Below, in pieces: positions 19,130 through 28,262 of a stretch of DNA of 64,000 bases. Both the position numbers and the translations under genes were made by a program. The stretch's first letter is position 1. Each line of letters starts with the position of its first letter. The notes under the pieces are model-generated. The model was given only the letters and a program-made list of their open reading frames with translations, made no database searches and was not told the DNA's origin. Origin of the DNA: an uncultured delta proteobacterium (GTDB taxonomy: Bacteria; Myxococcota_A; Polyangia; Polyangiales; Polyangiaceae); the NCBI GenBank assembly GCA_963696385.1, contig CAVOKF010000006.1, positions 320,001 to 384,000 on the forward strand, written 5' to 3'.

Positions 19130-20629
19130 TCACGGCGCGGCCGGGTTCCAGTATCCGCCGTTCATCATGATGAGCGAAAGAGCCGTCCACGACTCGGTAT
19201 AGTAGGTGGTGCCGTCGAGTTCGGTCAGCGTCGCGACGCCCTTGTACGCGGCGTCGCGAAGGACCGAGAACGAGGCGTCGCTCATGGCGCCGACGCCCGC
19301 GGGGCCGACGAATGCCGCCGACTGATGGACGGTAGGGTCTGTGGGGTCGGGCGTGCCGTCGAGTGCGTATCCGTCCACGATGTTCGACGCCCCGACCTGC
19401 TGATAGAAGGCGCTGATCTTCGCGAGATACGATTTGGCGCGTGGTTCGCCGTTCCAGCATAGGTCCTGGCCGATTCGAAACGGCGTTCGGCAGGAATCGA
19501 GTTGGTAGTTGGTCGGCAGGCTCGCGTTGGGCGCCTGGGGAACTCCCGCGGGAGTGGACCACGCGGGGACGAGACCGTTCGTTGCATTCCCGTTTGCGGC
19601 ATTGAGCGACGCGGCCAATATCGTGTACGAGCTCTCGACGACTTCGTTCCAGTTGGCTTGCTGTCCTGTTGCCTGACCGAACAGGCGATAGTATGCGGGC
19701 GCAAAATACGAGATGTTGATGACCGAGGCGCCGCCGAATTGATCCCCGGGCGCGAGCGCGTACGCTCGCGTGGAATCGACCTCGAATTGCCAAATGGCGT
19801 TGATTTGCGTGACCGCGATGTCGTGGTACGTGCTCGCGAGCGACCCTTGGCCGCCCCAGCGATGGTCGGCCCACAGCAGCGCGAAGGCCATGTCCTCGTC
19901 CGCGTCCGTCGCGGCTCCGGTCCCACCCGCCGTCGGCCCGCTGCCCGTCGGATTGATCTGCCAGTTCATCAGGCCGTTGCCGTCGAGAAAGAGCTGTTCG
20001 TAGCCCCAGAGGGCGTCGAACGTCGGCTGATCGTTCATCGCGACGGCGAGGATCATTCCGTAGGCGGTGCCTTCGGAGTTCGAGGTGTCGACGGCGTTGG
20101 GGGAGTTCGGCCGGAGCACGCGAAGAAACCCGTGCGCGCCGTCCGACGTCAGCAAATCGGATTTCCACTTGGCGTAGGCCGCCTGGGCGTCGGACCACGA
20201 TGCCCCCGCGGGTGCGGTGCAATTGCCGAGGGCCTGCGCCGGATCCGCGGGCGCTGGCGCGGCGCCATCGTCTGCGGTCGCGTCGGGGGGCGTTGCCGCG
20301 GCGTCGCTGCCGCCGCCGCGTGGGGACCCGTCGGGAGCCGAGCCCTTGGGGATCGATTCGCTCGAGGTCGGAGCTGTCGACATGCCGGGGGTCGTGCCCG
20401 CGTCGATCGTCGCTCCGGCGGGCGATGTCGCCCCGCCGCTTGGGATCGCGCCCTGGGTCCCGCCGGCATCCGTGCCGGCAGGGTCATCGAGGGAAGGGGA
20501 TCCGGTGGGCGATGCCGTGCTGACACGACAGCCGGTGGCGGCGCACGGGGTCAGCGCGAATGAAAGGGACACCACGAGTACAGGGTGAAGTTCGCGCAGG
20601 TCCCCTCCAAGGCCGTGCCTCATGGCCAA
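19130..20629 (-). CDS. Glycoside hydrolase family 8 (endoglucanase/chitosanase-like), probably lipid-anchored
   Basis: SEGTAYGM catalytic Glu motif, ATDADEDMAFALL, NISYFAP and C-terminal YY; Pro/Ala/Asp linker. Confidence 0.92.
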   Translation of the reverse strand: MAMRHGLGGDLRELHPVLVVSLSFALTPCAATGCRVSTASPTGSPSLDDPAGTDAGGTQGAIPSGGATSPAGATIDAGTTPGMSTAPTSSESIPKGSAPDGSPRGGGSDAAATPPDATADDGAAPAPADPAQALGNCTAPAGASWSDAQAAYAKWKSDLLTSDGAHGFLRVLRPNSPNAVDTSNSEGTAYGMILAVAMNDQPTFDALWGYEQLFLDGNGLMNWQINPTGSGPTAGGTGAATDADEDMAFALLWADHRWGGQGSLASTYHDIAVTQINAIWQFEVDSTRAYALAPGDQFGGASVINISYFAPAYYRLFGQATGQQANWNEVVESSYTILAASLNAANGNATNGLVPAWSTPAGVPQAPNASLPTNYQLDSCRTPFRIGQDLCWNGEPRAKSYLAKISAFYQQVGASNIVDGYALDGTPDPTDPTVHQSAAFVGPAGVGAMSDASFSVLRDAAYKGVATLTELDGTTYYTESWTALSLIMMNGGYWNPAAP

Positions 20630-20960
20630 AACGCTAGCGCGTTCGGCCCCCGTGTCTTGCTTCTCTTCTCGCTTATCGGTTGTGCCGCAAGGCTAGGAAC
20701 GGAGCTCGCCCAGCTTCACCTACGTTTTGCGAGTGGAAACGTTACTCGTGGCTGTAATCCGAGTGAATTGCCGTTCAGCGAACCGATTGCGTCACGAACG
20801 ATTGAAGCGATTGCGGTTCACTTTTCGATCCCGCCGCGGCCGGAACGCGACCCGAGCGACCGTGCCGATTGCGCCGTACGCTCGGCCTTCGGGTGTGCGG
20901 GTGGGTGACCCGTCGGCGCCGGCTCTTTCGTGCCGACCGAAGCGGGGCTAGATCAGCGGC

Positions 20961-22721
20961 ATGACCGACGCGAAGCAGGATATCCTGGACATGCTTCGCG
21001 ATCTGGCCAAGCTCACGTTGCTCGATGAGGGGGATCCGCAGTCGTTTCGTGTGCGCGCGTACGAGAGTGCGGCGCAGGCCATCGAGGGCCAATCGGTCCG
21101 ACTCGAGAAACTGAGCGCGAAGGATCTCCAGTCGATCGACGGCATCGGCAAGAGCACCGCCGACAAGATTCGCGAACTTCTCGAGACGGGACGGGTCGAA
21201 AAGCTCGACGCCTTGCGGGCGAAGTATCCGCCGAGCGTCGTCGCCCTGCTGGACATTCAGGGGCTCGGGCCGAAGGCGGTCAAGCGGATGCGCGCCGAGC
21301 TCGGGGTGCAATCGGTCGACGATCTGCGCAACGCGGTGGCCGGTCGAAAGCTCCGCGAGCTCAAGGGATTCGGCCAAAAGTCCGAGGACAAGATCGCGCA
21401 CGCGCTCGATCGGCTCGCCGAACAGGGTTCGGTGGGCAGGACGCCCATCTCGGTCGCGCTGCCTTTGGCGACGCGGGTCGTGTCGCGTCTGCTCGAAGTT
21501 CCGGGCGTCACCCACGCGTCGTTCTGCGGATCGCTGCGTCGCTTCGCGGAGACCGTCGGCGACGTCGACATCGTCGTCGCAACGACGGACGCCGAGGCCG
21601 CGATCGAGGCCCTCGTGGGCATGAACCTCGTCGACCACGTACGGGTCCGAGGAGAAGCCAAGACGAGCGTCGTCACCCATCGAGGAACGCAGATTGACGT
21701 TCGTGTCGTCGCGCAACGGCAGCTCGGCGCCGCGCAGCTCTACTTCACGGGTTCGAAAGGGCACAACATCAAGCTACGCCAACGCGCGATGGCCCGCGGA
21801 TGGACGCTCAACGAATACGCGCTCTCCGATTCGGAAAGTGGCCGTCCGATCGCCGGCGAAACGGAGGAGCAGATCTACGCCGCTCTCGGCGTCGCGTGGA
21901 TTCCGCCGGTCCTCAGGGAAGACGCCGGCGAGATCGAGGCCGCGGAGACGGGGGCGCTCCCCCTTCCGATCGGCGAGGTCCACGGCGACTTCCACTTGCA
22001 CACCTCGCTTTCCGGCGATGCCCGGTCGAGCCTCGAGGAAATGGTCGCTGCCGCGAAGGCGCGCGGATATCGCGTGCTGGCGGTGACGGACCACGCCGAG
22101 GGGACGGTCGCCGGCGTCGGCCGCGAAGCGTTTCTCGATCAACGCGCGAAGGTTCGAGCGCTGCAGGAACAGCTCGGCGACTCGCTTCGGCTCCTGCACG
22201 GCGTCGAGCTCAACATCGGTCCCGAGGGACAGCTCGATTACGACCCGGACTTTCGGCGGGGGTTCGACTGGTGCCTGGCGTCCGTCCACGATCACTTCGA
22301 CCTCGATCGGTCCGCCCAAACGAAGCGCATCGTGATGGCGATGCAGGATCCGGCGGTGCGGATGATCGGTCACTTGTCGGCGCGGATGATTGGCGGTCGT
22401 CCGCCGATCGATTTGGATCTCGACGCCATCTTCACGGCCGCAGAGGCCACGGGCACGGCGCTCGAAGTCAATGGCGCCCTTCCGCGGCTCGACCTGTCGG
22501 TCGACGCCCTGCGCCGCGCTCGCGAACGGCGGGTCGTGCTCGTTCTGACGAGCGACGCCCATGAGGCCGTCGAGCTCGGCCGCGTGCGCTTCGCCGCGCT
22601 GAACGCCGAGCGAGCCTGGATGGCGCCGGATCGCTTTGCGAATGCTTGGCCTGCAGAACGGCTGCTCGCGTGGGTGGCCGACAAGGCACCCTTGGCCGCC
22701 GCTTCGTACAGCGCCCCGTGA
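20961..22721 (+). CDS. polX: DNA polymerase X with PHP 3'-5' exonuclease domain
   Basis: HhH motifs GIGK and GLGPK; GSLRR...GDVD; YFTGSK; PHP HLHT, TDH, GVE and SDAH motifs. Confidence 0.95.
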   Translation: MTDAKQDILDMLRDLAKLTLLDEGDPQSFRVRAYESAAQAIEGQSVRLEKLSAKDLQSIDGIGKSTADKIRELLETGRVEKLDALRAKYPPSVVALLDIQGLGPKAVKRMRAELGVQSVDDLRNAVAGRKLRELKGFGQKSEDKIAHALDRLAEQGSVGRTPISVALPLATRVVSRLLEVPGVTHASFCGSLRRFAETVGDVDIVVATTDAEAAIEALVGMNLVDHVRVRGEAKTSVVTHRGTQIDVRVVAQRQLGAAQLYFTGSKGHNIKLRQRAMARGWTLNEYALSDSESGRPIAGETEEQIYAALGVAWIPPVLREDAGEIEAAETGALPLPIGEVHGDFHLHTSLSGDARSSLEEMVAAAKARGYRVLAVTDHAEGTVAGVGREAFLDQRAKVRALQEQLGDSLRLLHGVELNIGPEGQLDYDPDFRRGFDWCLASVHDHFDLDRSAQTKRIVMAMQDPAVRMIGHLSARMIGGRPPIDLDLDAIFTAAEATGTALEVNGALPRLDLSVDALRRARERRVVLVLTSDAHEAVELGRVRFAALNAERAWMAPDRFANAWPAERLLAWVADKAPLAAASYSAP

Positions 22722-22750
22722 TCCCTTTGCTCTGGGCCGGTGTACTTAGC
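22706..22750. repeat. Dispersed hairpin/MITE-end-like element, family B copy 2
   Basis: Homologous to 11083..11128; contains the stop codons of both convergent genes. Confidence 0.7.
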
Positions 22751-23633
22751 CATCGCCCATTCGAAAGCGGGTCGGTCGGTCGCGCAAGTCCGGCGCCGCG
22801 ACCCGCACGCACCACGCCTCGAACGGCCCCCGTGGTACGCCCGTCCACGCGAGATCCTCGAATCGCTCGGGCAGCGGTACATCGTCCATCAGCGTCGCGA
22901 GCTTGCGGTAAAGAAGCGCCTGGGGCATCTGCTCGCGCAGGATCGCAACGAGCCGGTCGGCCTGCCGGATGGGGGTCGGCCACCTCTTCGGGTCGAGCGG
23001 AATGCCCTCCAGGTGGCCGAATGCGCGCAGCAGCGTTGCGGCGGTCTTGTCGCCGAATCCGGCGAGACCCGGAATGCCGTCTGCCGAGTCTCCCACGAGA
23101 GCGAGCCAGTCCGGGACGCTGTCGGGACGGATGCCGCGCTTCTGCCAAAGGGCCGCCTCGTCGATGACGAGTCCACGAATTCGGTCCACCATGACGACTC
23201 GCTCGCCCCGAATGGCCTGCCCGAGGTCCTTGTCGGGCGTCAGCAGCCGGACTTGCGCGACGCGCCCGGACCATCGTGCCGCGGCCGTCGCCATGGCGTC
23301 GTCGGCTTCGTACCGGTCCATCGACCAGACGACCATTCCGAGCGATCGCGCGGCGTCCTCGACGAGGTCGAACTGTTCGAGCAGCTCCGAGGGCACGCCC
23401 TCGTCCGTCTTGTAGCCGTCGAACCAGTCGTTGCGAACCGACCGGATCGGGTTGTCGAACGCGACGGCGATGTGCGACACGGCTTCGTCCTCGGCCTGCA
23501 GAAGGTCGAGCATCGAGCGTGCGAACCCCACGGTCGCCTTGAGGTCACGGCCTTCGTGAACGTGGCTGGGCCTGCGAGAGAAGTGCGCGCGAAAGAGCTC
23601 GAACGTCCCGTCCACCACGTGAAGTCTCGGCAT
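22746..23633 (-). CDS. Stand-alone 5'-3' exonuclease/flap endonuclease
   Basis: VVDG, YEADD, DKDL and LVGDSADGIPGLAGFGDKTA (H3TH) motifs. Confidence 0.93.
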   Translation of the reverse strand: MPRLHVVDGTFELFRAHFSRRPSHVHEGRDLKATVGFARSMLDLLQAEDEAVSHIAVAFDNPIRSVRNDWFDGYKTDEGVPSELLEQFDLVEDAARSLGMVVWSMDRYEADDAMATAAARWSGRVAQVRLLTPDKDLGQAIRGERVVMVDRIRGLVIDEAALWQKRGIRPDSVPDWLALVGDSADGIPGLAGFGDKTAATLLRAFGHLEGIPLDPKRWPTPIRQADRLVAILREQMPQALLYRKLATLMDDVPLPERFEDLAWTGVPRGPFEAWCVRVAAPDLRDRPTRFRMGDG

Positions 23634-23654
23634 GCGTCGGGGCAGAGCGTCGCA

Positions 23655-24122
23655 TCATCCTTCGCGACCGGCCAGGCGGACTCTCAGCTCGCGGACCCAG
23701 TGATCGATGCGGTTCATCGCCACCTCGGGGGGCCACAGGGCGACGTCTTCCACGTCCCAATATTCGACGCGGTCGGTCCAGATCGGAAAGTGCTCGAGGA
23801 GCATCGGCCGATGCTCCTGCCGGCTCATGGCCACGATGTGCGCCGCCCCCGTAAGGTCGGCGGGCTCGACGAGGCGCGGCAATCGCAGGGGCTCGTCGAG
23901 GTCGATTCCGCGCGCTTGCAGGCCGCCTCGAGCGTGCGGCGAAATGGGTCCGACATTGCCTCGACTGTGGACCCATGAGATCCCGCGCGACTGCGCGCGC
24001 CAGCCGGTCGGCTGTCGCGTCTCGAGGTGCTGCCAAAGCTCCTCGGCGAAGCGACTCCGGTAGTAGTTGCCGGTGCACAGAAAAAGAAGATGCCGTTCGG
24101 GGGCTGCTTGGACGGGCGGCAT
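23655..24122 (-). CDS. Low-molecular-weight phosphatase/ArsC-fold protein
   Basis: LFLCTGNYYRS P-loop (CX5R). Confidence 0.85.
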   Translation of the reverse strand: MPPVQAAPERHLLFLCTGNYYRSRFAEELWQHLETRQPTGWRAQSRGISWVHSRGNVGPISPHARGGLQARGIDLDEPLRLPRLVEPADLTGAAHIVAMSRQEHRPMLLEHFPIWTDRVEYWDVEDVALWPPEVAMNRIDHWVRELRVRLAGREG

Positions 24123-24278
24123 CGAAGATCGCCTCCACGATTACATCGCAAGAGCCGTTCCCGCGAAGGGAGATTGTGCCGCGCCCGGGGTGGCGTTCGC
24201 CCGAACTTCGAAGCGGCCCATTTCGGGCGAGCGCGTGCCGCCATCGCGGCGGTTCGGGTTAGGTGGGCGACGAGGAAG

Positions 24279-24824
24279 TCAGGTCGAGGTGCCCTGTGTC
24301 GCTTGATGGAGAATGTCCAGGGCGTTCGCGAACGCCTGCTGCACCTGGCTGGACTGCGCGCTCGATCCGCCGCCGTGGCCGTGGTGATGGTGGTGATGGG
24401 CTCCGCTGCTTGCGCCGGCCTGACCCGCGGCTTGCACCCCTTGAGCACCCAGAGCGGCTTGGACCGTCTGGGACGCCTGGGCCGATTGGGCCGATTGGGC
24501 AGGCTGAAGACTGCCGGTTTGCGCCGCCTGGTTGAACGTGTTGGCGAGGGCGGTCAGAAACTGCGCTTGAGTGCCGCTCGCCTGGTCCGCGGCATTCTGG
24601 AAGCTGGTCGCGACCTGGGCTGCAACCGCCTTGAATTCCGTCGGGTTCGTTTGCGACAGCTGCTGCATCTGGCTGAGAAACGAGGCCGGCGTCGAGATCG
24701 ACGCGGTTGCCGCGGATTGGGTGGAGGGCGGGACGACGCTCGGCGTCGTGTTGGATGAGCTGAGCCCGTCGATGCTGGTGGTGGGCGCGTACGCGAGGCT
24801 ACCGCTAAGACTGTTGATATTCAT
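24279..24824 (-). CDS. Uncharacterised Gln/Ala/Ser-rich helical protein with His6 tract, paralog 2
   Basis: AGGAG RBS before ATG 24824 (MNINSLSGS); HHHHHHGH tract; paralog of 15443..15976. Confidence 0.82.
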   Translation of the reverse strand: MNINSLSGSLAYAPTTSIDGLSSSNTTPSVVPPSTQSAATASISTPASFLSQMQQLSQTNPTEFKAVAAQVATSFQNAADQASGTQAQFLTALANTFNQAAQTGSLQPAQSAQSAQASQTVQAALGAQGVQAAGQAGASSGAHHHHHHGHGGGSSAQSSQVQQAFANALDILHQATQGTST

Positions 24825-24876
24825 TTCGCTGCTCCTGGGGGGCGCCATCACTCCACGCTTGGGTCACCCGATAGGA

Positions 24877-24903
24877 CCAACGGCGTAGACCCCCGTCTCT
24901 TGA
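24877..24903 (-). promoter_or_regulatory. sigma28 (FliA)-like promoter TCAAG-N14-GCCGTTGG
   Basis: Boxes and 14-nt spacing shared with 16037..16063, with an unrelated spacer sequence. Confidence 0.62.
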
Positions 24904-25284
24904 ATGGGCGGACCGCGTGCCGGTCCGGCCCCATGAGCGATCTGTTGACCCGAAGCCGAGCGATCTCCATGCGTTGGAGGCGGCGAGAGGAGCCTTGCGG
25001 CGAGGGCGCCGGGTGCGACGGTTTCCGACGAACCGTCGGCCATCCTCGACCGGTCGCGCAGCGATGGGCGGAGTCCCATGGGGGGGCCAACGTCGGGGGT
25101 TGGAATGCGAGTCGGGTCGAATCCGACAAGGGGCTGGGCGACGGTGCCGAACGGCGGGGACAGCCGGCGGAGCGAATCCGACGGGCGCATCGAACGCCCC
25201 TGCAGGCGGGGGGGGCGGTCCGGCGCGGACCGACGATCACCGAGTGTCCCGCGGCCACGGCGAGCTGATAAGGGTGGAGCGCAC

Positions 25285-26724
25285 ATGCGGTGGCTCCTCG
25301 TGGTTTCGTCGTTGGCTTGCGTGGGTTGTTCTCAAGACTCCGGGACCATCCAGCTCGTCACGGGTTTGGAGACCGATACGTTTACGCAAGCCCCGGTTCC
25401 CACGTCGCTCACGGTCTACGCCGTCGAGACCGCGGCGGACGGCGGCGTCATGAGCCCCACGGCCCTGGCGAAGGCCGTATGGCCCGCCACGACGATCGAC
25501 TTGGGCAAGCAGAACGAAAGCACGAACGCCCGGCTCACCGTGTCCGGGATCGCCGCGAACGGCGCCCCGGTCGTGTACGGAGCCTCGATGCCCCTCAACT
25601 TCGGAGCTCTTGCCGGCACGACGATCCCCATTTTCGTGCAGCGCACCGGCGAGTTCGCGCGCTTGCCGGACCCCCCCTCCGACATGCGCACGGCGCCGAC
25701 CCTCGTCGTGTTCGACAGCGAATACCTGTTGGTCGCCGGGGGCCAAGACGCGGACGCCGATACGACGCAAATCTACGACTTCTTGCAGTTGGCGCCGGCC
25801 GGCTCGCCGCCCGTGCTTCCTCAGGTCCCCGAGTCGATCGCGTTCGACGGGACGGTGAGCTGGCTCATCGACGGCGACGCGGGCACCTACTTCGACTTCT
25901 CCGACAGCGACTCGGGGACCATCTCGCTTCCCACCCTGCCCAATGGGTCGGCCGGACAATTCAGCGACATCGCAGGGGGTGCCACGATCGTCGACGACAC
26001 GGGAGCGCAATACATCGTCGGCGCCACGCGCACGAGCGGTGCGCCGTCGGCGAGGGTGCTCAAGATCGATCCCAATGCCGCGACCGCGACCTATCCCAAC
26101 GGCAACGCGACCTGGCTCACGTTGAGCTCTGCGCGCCTGGGCGCCGCCGCCGCATGGGTCAGTGGAACCGGGCTGGTGGTGGCGGGGGGCAGCGCGACTG
26201 CATCCGGCGTCGAAGTGATGGGCGGCTCGACGTCCACGACGTCGACGATCGGCGTACCCTTGCCGTATCCCCCCGACGCGAGCTCTGGAGCCGGCGCCAT
26301 CGCGCTCGATGGGCAGCACGTTCTGCTCGCCGGAGGCATCGTGTCCGGCGCCGACGCCGGGGTGCGCGTGGTCGATCTCGGCTGCAACGCCCCGCCCGAC
26401 GCGGGCGCTTCGCCCGACGCAGGGATGACGCTGGCGGTGCCTTGCACTCCGACAGTCTGGTCGAGCCTGCCGGTTCCGCTCGCGTTTACCCAGGTGTTTA
26501 CGACCAACGGCCAGAGCGTCTTGATCGTGGGCAGTGAGGCGTCGGGCCCGACTCACGCATTCAAGGCGCTCGGACCGATGACGGACGACATCGCGGACGC
26601 AAGCCCCGGGGTTACGGAAATCCCGACAAAAGTGCCTCACACGAACGCGCGCGCCGTCGTCTCGCCGACCGGAACGGTGGTACTTTTCGGCGGCGCGACG
26701 CAGATCGAGTCGTTCACTCCGTAA
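25285..26724 (+). CDS. Lipoprotein with Kelch-like beta-propeller features
   Basis: MRWLLVVSSLACVGC lipobox; recurring LLVAGG, VVAGG, VLLAGG and VLFGG blades. Confidence 0.7.
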   Translation: MRWLLVVSSLACVGCSQDSGTIQLVTGLETDTFTQAPVPTSLTVYAVETAADGGVMSPTALAKAVWPATTIDLGKQNESTNARLTVSGIAANGAPVVYGASMPLNFGALAGTTIPIFVQRTGEFARLPDPPSDMRTAPTLVVFDSEYLLVAGGQDADADTTQIYDFLQLAPAGSPPVLPQVPESIAFDGTVSWLIDGDAGTYFDFSDSDSGTISLPTLPNGSAGQFSDIAGGATIVDDTGAQYIVGATRTSGAPSARVLKIDPNAATATYPNGNATWLTLSSARLGAAAAWVSGTGLVVAGGSATASGVEVMGGSTSTTSTIGVPLPYPPDASSGAGAIALDGQHVLLAGGIVSGADAGVRVVDLGCNAPPDAGASPDAGMTLAVPCTPTVWSSLPVPLAFTQVFTTNGQSVLIVGSEASGPTHAFKALGPMTDDIADASPGVTEIPTKVPHTNARAVVSPTGTVVLFGGATQIESFTP

Positions 26725-26826
26725 TCCGAGGGGACTCGGTCTTCGTCGAAACCGATGCGGGCGCGGGCCCGAATCGGGCGGTGAGCGCGGCCCGCCGATG
26801 GGCCCGAGTCGCCGAGGCGGGTTCGG

Positions 26827-27708
26827 TCAATTGAACGGCGGCATGGCATACGGCGTCGTCGGCGAGATACCGTCGTTTCGGTGCAGTTGCGTGACGAGCG
26901 GCTCGTCGAGCCAGGCCTGCAAGGTGGCCATCTGGCAAGCGGTGAGCGCCGTCCGTCCGTCGAGAGGCATCTGATCGCATTTGGAGCAAGTCGGGGGATC
27001 GGCCTCTTGCATGACCGCCATCACGATTTGAAAGCGAAACGGCGTCGGCGTCTCGGGGCAAGACGAGGAGTGAGCCGTGCCGGTAATCCAATCGTAGGCG
27101 TGGTCTTTGCCACCACTGGCCACGGTCGACGTCGCATCGAGCACATGGCAGCCTCCATCGCCGGCATTCGCCGCGCCCGACTTGCCGCAGGAGGCGTTCA
27201 GGAAGGGCTGCACATCGGTCGTGAAACTCACCGTGGCAGGCAGGGTGCATCCGGCGGGCGCCACCACACTGCTGCCGCTCGCGGATCCGTCGGTCGCGGT
27301 GAGGCTCGCGTCTGGTCCGCCGTTCGGGGGAGGTCCTGCTTGCCCGCTCGATCCGCCCGACGATCCCGCACCGCCGTTGCTGGATCCGGCACTCGAGCCC
27401 CCGCCCGTGGAGTTGCCGGTGCTGGAGCTGGCCTGGGATGCGCCGCCAGGGTTGGGCGAACTTGAACTGCTGCCCGTCGATCCTGTGTTGCTCGACGGGG
27501 GGTTATCGATCTGGGAGTTGCCGGATCCCCCGGCGTCCTCCGTCGACGGATTGACCGTCGATCCGGAGACCGTTGACGAAGCGTTTCCCGACGCCAACGG
27601 GTTCGTCGAGTTACCCCCTAGGTCGCCCCCTCCACTGCAAGCGCCCAAAATCCCCACACCGAGAACGGCGAGCAGACGAACATGGCGCGAACGGACAGCT
27701 AGTTTCAT
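26827..27708 (-). CDS. Lipoprotein with Ser/Gly linker and C-terminal cytochrome c-like domain
   Basis: LGAC lipobox; VSFTTDVQPFLNASC-x12-CH...MP...LTACQMATLQAWL. Confidence 0.65.
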   Translation of the reverse strand: MKLAVRSRHVRLLAVLGVGILGACSGGGDLGGNSTNPLASGNASSTVSGSTVNPSTEDAGGSGNSQIDNPPSSNTGSTGSSSSSPNPGGASQASSSTGNSTGGGSSAGSSNGGAGSSGGSSGQAGPPPNGGPDASLTATDGSASGSSVVAPAGCTLPATVSFTTDVQPFLNASCGKSGAANAGDGGCHVLDATSTVASGGKDHAYDWITGTAHSSSCPETPTPFRFQIVMAVMQEADPPTCSKCDQMPLDGRTALTACQMATLQAWLDEPLVTQLHRNDGISPTTPYAMPPFN

Positions 27709-27927
27709 TGGGCAGTCTCTTTGACGATAAAAGGAAAAATGGGCAAGCGTCGTCGGCACACGACACGTGCCTGCCAATCAGCGGATCACACAATCGTAAG
27801 CTCGTAAACGATCTCGAGCAAGGAAGGGAACGCCGACATCCGGCTCAACTCCTGCGACGGTGAAAAAGAACATCCTCACCACCGACCGTCGTCCCACCAC
27901 CGAGCAAAGAGCCCTTGCGCCTCTGGC

Positions 27928-28196
27928 CGACCCGCGACCGCGACCCGCGACCCGCGACCCCGACCCGCGACCACGACTACGACTGCGACCACGACCACGA
28001 CTGCGACTCCGACCGCGACCCGCGACACGACCCCGACCCCGACCGCGACCCGCGACACGACCCCGACCCCGACCGCGACCCGCGACACGACCCCGACCCG
28101 CGACCACGACTACGACCACGACCCCGACTGCGACTGCGACTGCGACTGCGACCGGCGACCTCGGCTCTGACCCGCGACTCCGACGCCGACCCCCCG
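27928..28196. repeat. Degenerate CGAC(N1-3) array containing a 30 bp x3 repeat (28010..28099)
   Basis: Dozens of CGAC units in a divergent intergenic region. Confidence 0.9.
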
Positions 28197-28262
28197 ACAT
28201 GACCGACGAGGTCTGTTTCCCGGATTGACGCCGCCGTTCACGTCGATTCTGGTTGGGCCCCC

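Noticed and set aside
20730..20745. LacI-type operator (GGAAACGTTAC) upstream of GH8
   Set aside because: Imperfect single match and no LacI gene in the window.
24279..24420. His6 tract as a cloning tag
   Set aside because: Internal to a native ORF that has a paralog; no vector sequence.
27778..28228. RP/DP/GR dipeptide-repeat ORFs
   Set aside because: Translations of the CGAC microsatellite that are open in several frames.
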